A model generated the notes under the pieces. The model saw nothing but the letters and a program-made list of their open reading frames with translations. It ran no database searches and was not told where the DNA came from. A stretch of DNA of 56,300 nt, the filler included, from Catajapyx aquilonaris (taxonomy: Eukaryota): NCBI GenBank assembly GCA_000934665.2. It is 3 parts of 3 records of this genome, joined end to end, with 100 filler letters (N's around TTAATTAATTAA, not from the genome) between each part and the next. Parts side by side here need not be neighbours in the genome. Positions count along the whole stretch, not along the records: positions 18,813 to 37,490 come from JYFJ02006636.1; 2 more parts are not named here. One strand, written 5' to 3'. The translations under genes and the position numbers were made by a program. Below, piece by piece: positions 24,408 through 35,584 of the stretch (the stretch's first letter is position 1; every line of letters starts with the position of its first letter).

Positions 24408-27053
24408 ATGTTCAGTACAGCCATGTTTCGACGGAGGAACAAGCCTATCCAGATCCAGCAGGACAAGTTTTGGGACACGTACCGACCTTTCGTGGTCCTA
24501 AGCATTGTTGCAGGATTCACATCATGTCCGATTCCACCTACCAAGTGGTACAGACGCTGGCCGAGCATCCTGCACGTCCTGTTCATACTGGGAGTGGTCA
24601 CTCTGTTCGGATGCAAACTGCCCTATCCGCTGTCCAGCATGGGCAGGTTGGGCACCACCCAGAAAGTGGCAGGGGTCACGGATCTAGTCATGAACATCGG
24701 CTGCTCTTGGGCCATGTTCCTTCTGATGCAGACCAAGCTGAAGGCAGTGTGGTCAGTCATGAAGGCTGTGGCTGACCTTAGGGTCACGCTGGACCGGGTC
24801 AGGTTACGGAAAATGGCTTTTGTCCTGGTTGCCCACTGCTTGTTTATGACCTTTATGAGAGCCATGCATCCGATATCTGACCTCATATTTTTTCCGGAGA
24901 AGCACGACGCAATGTCTGTCCTGTACACGGCGGTCATATGGCACTGCGCCATACCGGTGTACGCCCTGCAGACCCACGTGGCGTTTCTGGCCTTAGTTCT
25001 ACGAGAAATGTTCAGGGAGGTCAACCGGGAGGTCAATCTGGTGTGCAAGAGTGACCTGGACAAAGACGGAAAGGTCAAACTGCAGGAGCTGGCGGACAAG
25101 TTCGACTCCGGATTGGACCTGGTTCAAAGCATGTCCAGGGTGTACGGTATGCCCATGGTCTTGCTCTATCTGATAGTCATGGTGACCATCACCAACACCC
25201 TGTTCGGATTCATTCTCACCGGGTTTGACCCCAAGAATGTCATCCGGATGACCATCAGCATGGTCATCGTCACCTGCGAGATGCTCTCGATCGTCGGGTT
25301 CACCGTGGTCCTGGGTACGATACCGGAGAATGTAAGTCCTTGGAATGGCCTGCATTCATAATATGAACACCGTACAATCTTTTCCTTAAATTGATTTCCT
25401 ACAACCGGCCCTTTATTACTAATTAATTACAATAAAGTTATCTTAAATCATTATTGTCACTTGCTTAGGGAACAAATCCAACTACTGGCTACCACTATTT
25501 TCCACTCATTATCTGGATTTCCAATAGAAATGTAACTCTAACCGTTAATGTAGCAGCTAATGTAACAGTCAGTTTAACTAATAGTGTAACAGTCAGTTTA
25601 ACTAATAATGTAACTGTTAATGTAACAGACTTTATTATTAATTACAATTGATGTAACAGTCAGTTTAACTATTAGTGTAACTGTTAATGTGACAGTTATT
25701 ATTAATTACAATTAATGTATCTGTTAGTGTAACAATGTAAGTACCATGTTTAATGGTACATGGTTACACTAACAGATACATTAATGGTTATATTAACGGT
25801 TACACTAATAGCGATAGTTAAACTGACTGTTACATTAACAGTTACACTATTAGTTACAATAACAGTTACACTATTAGTTATATTAACAGTTACACTATTA
25901 GTTACATTAGTAGCTACATTAACAGTTACACTATTAGTTACATTAGTAGCTACATTAACAGTTACACTATTAGTTACACTATTAGTTACATTAACAGTTA
26001 CACTATTAGTTACATTAACAGTGACACTATTAGTTACAATAACAGTTACACTATTAGTTACATTAGTAGCTACATTAACAGTTATCATGTAGCTGTAAAT
26101 GCAGCCTTTAGTTTATTAGCTTAACTTTAATATAACTGTTAATGTAACCCTTAATGTAACTGACAATTCAACCAATAGGGCTACATAAACCACTCTTCCA
26201 CTTTTCCTGGATTTCTAATAGAAATGTAACAGAATTTAATGTAACCACTAATATAACTTACTGTCAAACCAAGTGTTAATCTAACTAATGATGTAACTGT
26301 TAATCTAACTAATGATGTAACTGTTAATCTAACTAATGATGTTACAACTGTTATAATGGCCTTTCAGGCAACCGTTAATGTAAAACTGTTAACGGTAAAT
26401 GTAACTGTCACTATAAACTCTTGACGTGACCGTTACTGTTAATGTAACCGTTGATACCAAAATGGCAATTATTTTCAGGCTACCACATCGTTGAAGAATC
26501 TAATTAAAGCTCGGGCGATGGAAAAGTGTAGTCCCAGTTGCGAAGCGCAGGTAAGGAACTATTTTACAGGCCAATGTATCGCCTCTATTAGTGGGAGCGG
26601 TACAAGTAAAATGACAGAAAAAAACAGCATTTGATGATAGAAGCAAGCCACTTCGCACACTTGTTCCTAACACCATAAGGTTCAATTTGACCCGCAGTAC
26701 CCTCAAAATTTTGCTAGGGGAGTGTGCGTGCGTCTCATAAAGTCATACCCTAGCAAGTTTGCTAGAGGCTATCGCTATATATCCAATACAGTAAGGTATT
26801 TTGCAGGTGAGCGGTCTGATCCAGCAGATGAGCGGTCCTCCGGTGCAAATCACAGCTGCAAACTTCTTCACCATCAATCGTAGCCTGTTAACTGCTGTAA
26901 GTAGCAATACATACTGTACACCATACATACATACATGTAATGCGCAGTGTATTGTGTAATAATTGTGAACTTCAGATTTCAGGTGCTGTAACCACGTACC
27001 TCATTGTCTTGGCCCAGTTTGAAGGGGCTGAAGACCACGGACGCAATCGTTAG
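24408..27053 (+). CDS. gustatory receptor Gr-4 (clade B), 387 aa; exons 24408-25331, 26479-26550, 26807-26896, 26976-27053
   Basis: Multi-TM exon 1, phase-0 GT-AG introns, TYLIVLAQF. Intron 1 is expanded by a minisatellite. Confidence 0.92.
25531..26455. repeat. 12-bp-period minisatellite with an internally inverted block, in Gr-4 intron 1
   Basis: TGTAACTGTTAA-type units at 25531-25740 and ~26090-26455. Opposite-orientation GTTACATTAACA / GTTACACTATTA units at 25760-26087. Confidence 0.9.
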
Positions 27054-27243
27054 ATTGTTAAGTGTTGTAACGTGTCCATATAATGTACCAAGGGTTACAC
27101 AATTCTCCGTATAAATTATTACCCGTTCCTTTCCCGGTATACCGCCTTGTTCGTCAACAACATATATCGACACCTCATCAATCAGTGTTGATGGACAGGC
27201 AGCCTTAATTCCACACCTGGTCTTGTTCAGTCGTACGCGAGCC

Positions 27244-28561
27244 ATGTTCGGAAAGGCTACAACTGTCCAGCCGGTCCTCCAGTTCCAGAAGTTCGTTGTC
27301 CGGAAGCGGTACTTCTGGAGGGTGTTTCGTCCTGTAGCCGCCTTCAGTGTGGTCGGTGGATTCCTGCAGTGTCCTGTACCGGCGAATCCGGCTGATCTGA
27401 GGTTGATTCGGAGATGGCCGGCTGTGTGTCACGTACTGTTTCTATCTGCGATTGTAACGGTGTTTGTTGCGTATCGGTTGCCACCGAAGCTGACGGGTGT
27501 GTCCGAGCTGGGGTCGACCCAGAAGACCTCGCTGGCCACTGACCTGGCTATGAACATGGGGTCGTCCTGGGTCGTGTTCGCAATCATGCAATCGAGGCAT
27601 CGCGCTGTCTGGCGCATCGTGTTCGGTCTGGCCAGTGTGGACGTGCAGCTCAGGAGGACCAGGCTGCGTCGGTGGTCCGTCGGTATGGTTCTAGTTGGAT
27701 CTACCATGATCCTGATGAGGGCGATGCATCCTGTTTCGGACGCCATAGCCGACCCAACCGGACGCGACCTGGTGTCCGTCTTGTACATATTCGTCATCGG
27801 ACACTGCGCCATGCCTGTGTATGTCCTGCTCACCCAAGTCGCCTTCCTGGCCGTGGTTCTTTGTCAGGTATACTTGTACTACTGTAGGACTACTGTTCAG
27901 TAAGTTACTGCTACTACTGATGCTGCTACAGGTGCTGAAGGAGATCAACCGAGACATAAGCATGTTGTGCGACTACCTGTGCGCAGGACAAGACTTCGAT
28001 GCGAAGGTGAGGCTGCAGGAGTTGTCCACAAAGCTATGGCAGAGCTACGATCTGGTGGAGGACATTTCGAAGGTGTACGGAGTGCCCATGCTCATATCGT
28101 ATCTGATCGTCATCATAACCTTGACCAACACTGTCTTCGGACTGATTATGACCGGATTCGAGGGCCAGGCGGAGATACCCAACGCCTTCGCTGTAGTTAT
28201 CGTCACGTGCGAGGTATCTGCCATCGCAGGGTTCACCATTGTCCTGGCCACCGTACCTGAAAACGTGAGTACGAATCATATCTTTGCGATACTTCCGACT
28301 CACGTGCATGTCACTATATTTCAGGCACACACGTCTTTGAAAGACCTCATTAAGGTGCGAGCTCTAGAACGATGTCACACTTGCGAAGCACAGGTTTGCA
28401 ACTAATAAGTGTTAGCTATAATGGTTGAACAATTATTGAATTTGAATAATTCGATTGTTCGAATAGGTTACAGGATTAATCCAAAAAATGAATGGAGCTC
28501 CCGTGCAAATATCTGCTGCAAATTTCTTTTCAATCAACCGCAGTCTGCTTACAGCTGTAAG

Positions 28562-28625
<64 letters not shown>

Positions 28626-28698
28626 ACTGCTACTGCTACTTCTACTTCTGCTACTACTTCTACTACTGCTACTACTACTTCTACTTCTACTACTACTT

Positions 28699-28729
<31 letters not shown>

Positions 28730-28734
28730 ATCTT

Positions 28735-28797
<63 letters not shown>

Positions 28798-28914
28798 GAT
28801 CGATTGTTTTTTGCGCAGATTTCTGGGGCTGTCACCACTTACATCATCGTTTTGGCGCAGTTTAAAGTAGCAGAAGATGGCAAGACAGCGATTGCGAATC
28901 ACGAGCATACTTAA
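27244..28914 (+). CDS. gustatory receptor Gr-5 (clade B), 403 aa; exons 27244-27867, 27932-28264, 28325-28393, 28467-28556, 28819-28914
   Basis: Paralog of Gr-4. Removing an extra 64-bp phase-0 GT-AG intron restores the frame. TYIIVLAQF. Confidence 0.9.
28562..28796. repeat. (CTA/CTG/CTT)n trinucleotide microsatellite filling the last intron of Gr-5
   Basis: Direct reading; begins immediately after the GTAAGT donor. Confidence 0.97.
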
Positions 28915-29558
28915 GCTGCATTACGTGTGTGCATTACGTTCATGCCAATGCAGCACATTGTACTAGTACTGTACATACATTAGAAAGTCAAATAGTGGAA
29001 CATTTTCAAGCGATTTTGTATTTCCCGGAATGTACTACGATCGTTCTGCATTTCAACAGTAGTTGCACGAAAATTGATTTGCGAATGCTTGATTAGCCAG
29101 AGTGTTTAATAATACACGACAATCCACATCGCACTTGAGGCTACGTACCTGTCACTCTACGACGATCACGCAAAGCCTACTAAATGATTCCATAAAATAT
29201 TAAAAGACAAACACAAACACTGACCAAAAATCGTCTTTTTTCAAGCGGAATTGTTGAGAAGAAATTGTTCCATGTCACACTTATTGCGGGACAAAATCTT
29301 GTGTGATAGGTTGAAATATTAATGATGTTTCCATTACATGTCACTCTTGAGCAATACGTCGCGTAGAAGGGCAAAGAGATACTAGTCGAAGGTGTAATCA
29401 GTCATTAAAACAGCACCTCACGCAACACCTTTCATGATCAATCATCGACCGAAAAGAAGCCTCAATTAATAATATTGGAGGTATGTCCAATACATGTCGC
29501 AATGCTTCCTGGAGTAGTCGGCATCGTCTGTACAGGTGAACCGGGAATATCTGTCACC

Positions 29559-31268
29559 ATGTCAACTGTTTCTCCAGACAAAATATTCAGAAAGAAAGAC
29601 AACTACAAGGAATTTTGGAGCCTGGTACGACCAATAGAAGTGTTAGGTGTGATTGGCGGTACAGTGCATTACAAATGTATTGGAAGCACGTGCCAACCTG
29701 GTAACCACAGGCTGCTGTTACATTGGCCATCTTTCGTCAACATCATCCTGCTTGTGACATACATTGTGAGCTTTGCCAGTTTGGTGACACCTTCGTTCTT
29801 GGGTATGGACCAGGCTGGATCGACCGAGAGAACCACGTACATGCTGTACCTGACCGTGACCAAGTGGGTACCGTGGATCATTTTTGGTCTGATGCAGACC
29901 AGGTTGGACCGAGTGTGTCGTATCGTCCATTCAATGTCCGAACTGACTGTGGACACTTGTATGTCCAAGATGAGGAGGACACGATCAGTGCTTGTGGCCA
30001 TCTGTTTGCTCGCTTCGTCCATCGAGCTTGTTTGGTTCTTCATCTCCGAGGTCACCACGACGGGGTTAGATTCAATGTCCGTACTGAGCCTGGTCATCAT
30101 AGGCCACAGCGCCTTCTTGTTCCTCATAGTTACGACCCAGATCACTCTCTGGGGGATGCTGCTCCGACTAGTGTTGGAGGACATCAATCGAGACATATCC
30201 AAGACATGCAACGCTATCAGAGACAACAAAAGGGACAAAAGACAAGTGCTTCAACTGCAGCGTCTCGCCGACAAGTTGAGACGTACCTTTGGAGTGGTGG
30301 ATGACATTTCTGAAGTGTACGGACTACCTTTGGTGGTCATCTACTTTGTGTGTCTGGTGGCCATTACCACTCAGGTGTTTTACATCATTCTGACTGGGTC
30401 CCATGGAGACACGGCGTTGACTGTGTCAATGACTGCAGTGGTCGTGCTGTGCTATATCGTGCTGACTGTCCTGTTTACGGTCGTATTGGGCGCCATACCG
30501 GTCGAGGTGAGTTGACAGCCGTACCGATCAACAAAAAAACTATAATCATATTATTTGACAGGCCACTCGTTCCCTGAACGACCTCATTATGGTGAAACCA
30601 CTAGATATGAATCCAGATTGTCAGAAGCAGGTGAGGGTCAGCACAATGCATCGTATAGGTCACACTATATAGAAACAATGTGTTTTGCAGGTGGATGCTC
30701 TGATATTGAAAATGACAAGCTGCTCTCCTGTGCAGATCACGGCTGCCAACTTCTTTTCAATTAATCTTGGATTATTGGTGACCTCTGTAAGTATATGACT
30801 GGGTCAGGTCAGGGAGCATAATTATACTACATAAGAGGCGCAAACATTCGATTTCCGCGTCTCTCTGTTTGGGGCGTTGCCAAGGCAGGCGGCCATTTTG
30901 AAGTGCGAGGAACGCCAACGAGGTATAAATAGAGTACAGGCAAAAATATGGCCCGCCATCTTTGATGGTTTTGGCGGCCATAGCAACTACATGACAAGAA
31001 CACGCGCGAATCAAAGATGGAGGACCCTATTTTTGCCTGCACCCTATTTATACCTCGTTGGCGTTCCCCACACTTCAAAATGGCGGCCAGCCTTGGCAAC
31101 GCCCCCAAACAGAGATACACGGAAATCGAATGTTTGCGCCTCTTATGTAGTAAATGCTCCCTGATTCTGAGTTCAATTTATTGTCATGCCTTTCATATTG
31201 GTGGTCAGATTGCAGGTTCGGTCACCACTTATCTTATCGTGCTGGGGCAATTCAAGGGAGCGGAGTAG
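29559..31268 (+). CDS. gustatory receptor Gr-6 (clade B), ~390 aa; exons 29559-30506, 30562-30630, 30691-30786, 31209-31268
   Basis: Multi-TM exon 1, phase-0 introns, TYLIVLGQF. Start codon is uncertain because an in-frame ATG lies further upstream. Confidence 0.9.
30827..31150. mobile_element. palindromic MITE in Gr-6 intron 3
   Basis: TA|CTACATAAGAGGCGCAAAC...GTTTGCGCCTCTTATGTAG|TA, ~140-bp arms. Absent from the Gr-7 intron. Confidence 0.85.
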
Positions 31269-31567
31269 GACAAAAGGAGCCACCAACATCAGACAATGAA
31301 ATTCTGCAGTACTTTCGGCACAAAATATTACGCCATATATTTTCTACCAACTGTTTGGCAACTGACTGAAAAATGCATTATTGTAACACATAAGTCTTGC
31401 AAATAACTGTGCATGTACCGCATCGCGTGCGTTGATGACTGATACAAACGGACTTCAGCAGCACTTAATAAATCCTGCATGAATGAGTTATGTCCACTCT
31501 GCATGTGCATGTCGACAGTTTGCAGGCACACCTCTTTCCGTCTGCATCGTCTCATATGAGGACCAGG

Positions 31568-32936
31568 ATGAATAGATCCGTGTGTCCAGTGAAAACATCT
31601 AGAAAAGACGAAAAGGACGACTTTTGGACACTGGTCAGACCGATTGCATTGTTGGGCGCGATTGGCGGTACAGTACGGTACAAGTGTGTCCGCAAGTGCG
31701 AACCTGGTAACCACAGGTTGCTGTTACGTTGGCCATCTTTGGTCAACGTCATCCTGCTTGTGACATACATTGTGAGCTTTGTCAATTTGGTGACACCTTC
31801 GTTCTTTGGTCTGGACAAGGCTGGAAAGACTGAGAGACAGTCGTACATGCTGTACCTGACCGTGACCAAATGTGGACCGTGGGTCATTTTTGTGCTTATG
31901 CAGACCAGGATGGACCGGGTGTGTCAGATCGTCCATTCGATGTCCGAACTGACTGTGGACACTTGTACGTCCAGCATGAGGAGGACACGATCAGTGCTTG
32001 TGGCCACCTGCTTGCTCGCTTCGTCCGTCGAAATCGCTTCGTTTTTCATCTTTTCATTCTACTATACGGGGCTGGATTCGTTGTCCGTACTGTTCATGGT
32101 CATCACAGGCCACAGCGCCTTCTTGTTCCTCGTTGTTCCGATCCAGATCATACTCTGGGGGATCATGCTTCGACGAGTGTTGGAGGACATCAATAGAGAC
32201 ATATCCAATGCATGCGACACTATTCGACACAACTTAAGAGACAAGAGACGATGGTCCGAACTGCAGCGTCTCTCCGACAAGTTGAGGCATACTTTTGAGG
32301 TGGTGCATGATATTTCTGAGGTCTACGGAATGCCCATGGTTGTCATCTACTTTGTGTGTCTGGTCTCCATCACCTGCCAGATGTTTTACATCATTCTGAC
32401 TGGTTTCCATGGGGACATGGCGCTCAATACGTATATGACTGCGGTTGTCGTACTGTGCTACGTCGTATTGACCGTCTTGTTTACCATCATCTTGGGAGCT
32501 ATACCGGCCGAGGTGAGTTGAAGTATTCAGAGGGACTAAGCATGCAATGTGTCTCTTATTTGTCATTATGACGTTACAGGCGACTCGCTCATTAGATGAT
32601 CTCATCACGGTGAAGTCTCTCGACATGAATCCATATTGTGAGAAACAGGTGAGAGTCCGTAAAATACATGGTAGTTCACGCTAACAATGTGTTTTCCAGG
32701 TGGATACCCTGATCTGGAGGATGACAAGTTCTGCTCCTGTGCAGATCACGGCTGCCAACTACTTTCCAGTCAGTCTCGGACTGGTGACCTCTGTACGTAT
32801 ATGACTGGGTCAAGTGCAACAATCATCATGATGCCTTTGACATTCTCAGGTTGCAGGTTCGGTCACTACTTACCTGATCGTGCTGGCGCAATTCAAGGAT
32901 GCGGAGAAGGACAATGGAGCCACGAAATCTTCTTAA
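31568..32936 (+). CDS. gustatory receptor Gr-7 (clade B, close paralog of Gr-6), ~397 aa; exons 31568-32512, 32580-32648, 32700-32792, 32850-32936
   Basis: Same structure; TYLIVLAQF. In-frame ATGs also at 31490 and 31556. Confidence 0.92.
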
Positions 32937-33179
32937 GATCGATTGGGTCAACCCATTTATACTACTGAGTTCATACAATCGACTTTTATAGCGTGGTCTT
33001 TCTCAGCTCGGTCACTTTAAAAAAAATCAATTTAGAGAAATTACAAAATTGATTTCCCTTTGGCTGCATGTCCATTACTCGCGCTTCAATCACAATGCTG
33101 CTCGCGGGAAATGTCATGTGCCCAGAAAGCAAAGGTTTGTTCACGTGTACTTTAGATTACGCAATGTCGTCTGCTGTAT

Positions 33180-33279
33180 ATAGGACATGTCATAGTGTTT
33201 ATAAAAGGTGTGTCCAGCTGTGCGACCTTGTATCTCATTCTGATGGGAATGGTCAGCCGGATCTGACCTGCTGGTCCCA
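33180..33279 (+). promoter_or_regulatory. conserved proximal upstream block of Gr-8/9/10 with a TATA-like box
   Basis: TATAAAAG at 33200 (Gr-8) and 35502 (Gr-9), TAGAAAAG at 37321 (Gr-10), each followed by a nearly identical ~65-bp segment before the ATG. Confidence 0.55.
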
Positions 33280-34677
33280 ATGGTCCCAATGGTCCCAACG
33301 AAAGGGCTTGTTTCTTTGGGTCCGATACGTGCAGTGTCTGTGTCACTCGGAATATTTCCATGGCCATTTGCATCATGCCACTGGATCCTCAAGAGGTGGA
33401 CATGCGCCTTCAACATTTGTCTGATGATTGGCTTGATCCTGGCTGCGGTTTATACTACAACTAATAACAACCAAGAACCTGAACATAAATCTGGTCAGTC
33501 TGAAACCATGACATATTCTGGCACTTTATACGGCATAGCATTAAGTATGTTGCCTTGGATCAACTTCGTGGTCGCCAATTTCAATGTGAAGAGGCGATCC
33601 ATGATTTTGGATGAATTGACCCAGGTAAACGCTGGGGATCTGACCATTCGAAAGATTGAATGGCGGATTGTACTTTTCGCATGTCTGGATGCCCTTCTTT
33701 ATGTTCTCTTAGTCGCACAGTACTCGATGGCAGTCATAATTCCCAGCATAATGATATGGCATTCCATCATGATCCGTAACATGATCCCGAGTCATTTGCT
33801 GTACGCCTCCATTTCCATCAAACGAGGATTCAAACGGGTCAACGACTCGATCACATCAAGTTGTCGCCGATTGAACACAGTGTTTGGCACACATGACACC
33901 TCTTCGTTGTCCAAGCACGACAATCCATTTGGAGCACCAGGAAAGATGTACTTCGAACTGTGCGACCTGACCGAAAGATTGTCCCAAGAGTACGGTGTTT
34001 CCATCTGCATCTCATTCGTATCATGGGTATGGGAAATCATTATTTCCGTATTCGTAATAATTGAATTGTTGACCATGAACCAATTAATGATGATGATGCT
34101 GAAGATTCTGATTCTCGTCGTTTCTAAAGTGGTGATGCTGTACTTGGGTACATCCCTGATTGGAGACATACCGGAGATGGTGAGCGACAATGTTGCAAAT
34201 TTCTAACGTTTATGGGAAACCCCAAAATGCTAAGTGAAAGCTTGAGATGTTGGACTCAAAATATAAAATGTCTAATATCCCAATTCCAGGCAACCACATC
34301 TAGGAAGGATTTGATCCGGGTTCAACTAGACAGCCTGACTCCAACATGTCGGAACCAGGTGAATTTTAATTATTGAGCTAATGTGAATTCATATCCTCCA
34401 TTCCTCTGTATTATTTCCACAGGTGAAATCTTTAATCGATCAGATGAGCGGACCTCCAGTTCAAGTCACAGCTGCAAACTATTTCGCCATCGACAGGAAA
34501 CTACTCACTTCAGTATGTTCCATCATATCCTGTTGCACCTTAAATTGAACTTCCAGTAATTAGCACCAATATTATCCTCAGATGGCAGGAGCAATCGCAA
34601 CATACATCATAGTCCTGGCCCAATTCAGACGATCAGAAGATTCCCTCACAACGGCTGGAAACTGCAATGTCACTTAA
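33280..34677 (+). CDS. gustatory receptor Gr-8 (clade A), 384 aa; exons 33280-34179, 34290-34358, 34423-34512, 34582-34677
   Basis: Multi-TM exon 1 (WIN, CLDA, MIRN motifs shared with Gr-1/3), phase-0 introns, TYIIVLAQF. The start is duplicated (ATGGTCCCA x2). Confidence 0.93.
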
Positions 34678-35584
34678 TTGAATTATGTTTTATTTCCATA
34701 CAGCCTCCTGTAGTCTACAACTGACGTTAAAAACTACCCCGTTAAAAACTACCCCTAATGATCGCCACCGTGTTGATTTGTTTCACGAACATACGTTGTG
34801 AAATATACATAAGATGAGTCTCACTTTTTTGTATAGTACTTAACTTAACAATAAAGATTGTCGACATCAGGTTATTGGATTGATTAAAACAGCCGAGTGT
34901 TATAAAGTGGTTTGGCATCGCCCACAGCACCTCAATAAAACATCAGGCATTGCTATTGAGGCACTCACAATGTGATTGATGATCAGATCTAAAATTCCCT
35001 GTAAGACAACGCCCGATATTGACTACGCAACCTGAAAGGTCTTTGGAAAGCACTCCTTCATTCGTCACCTCCTTTGTTTTAGAGTTGTTGATGGTGTCCA
35101 TTTTCTCCGCCATCAACTTACAATAAAATAATTACTATAATCAATAATTATTTTACCAATGCTTGCAAACAATTATGGGCGCCCACTTAATCTCCAAATG
35201 ATTTAGCTCGCACACAGTAAAACTTATCATTGAATGAATTCCAAGCATAACAAAGCATACTGATGGGGTAAATAAGCAATTTTTTCGGTCAATTTGTCTG
35301 TTACAGTTGGGCCACTCTTTAGAAGAATGAGCGGGGAGAAATTAATTAATCATTAATGATTTTCTTTTACATTCATGTTCATTATTCATCTCTGTGCGAA
35401 TGTCGATCGGTTGAGAAGTCTAGTGCCCATAAAACAAACACGTTTTGTGCAAATACATTAAAGACATTTATAGGACATGCCAAATCAAATGTACAGGTGT
35501 TTATAAAAGGTGGTGTCCAGATGTGCGACCTTGTATCTCATTCTGATGGGAATGGTCAGCCGGATCTGACCTGCTGGGCACAAA

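Noticed and set aside
25750..26092. Periodic Val/Thr/Asn- and Val/Thr/Leu-rich ORFs resembling antifreeze or beta-solenoid proteins
   Set aside because: They are translations of the intronic 12-bp minisatellite on both strands, with no independent gene signals.
28409..28870. Poly-Tyr/Cys and poly-Thr ORFs
   Set aside because: Read-through of the (CTA)n microsatellite inside a GT-AG intron of Gr-5.
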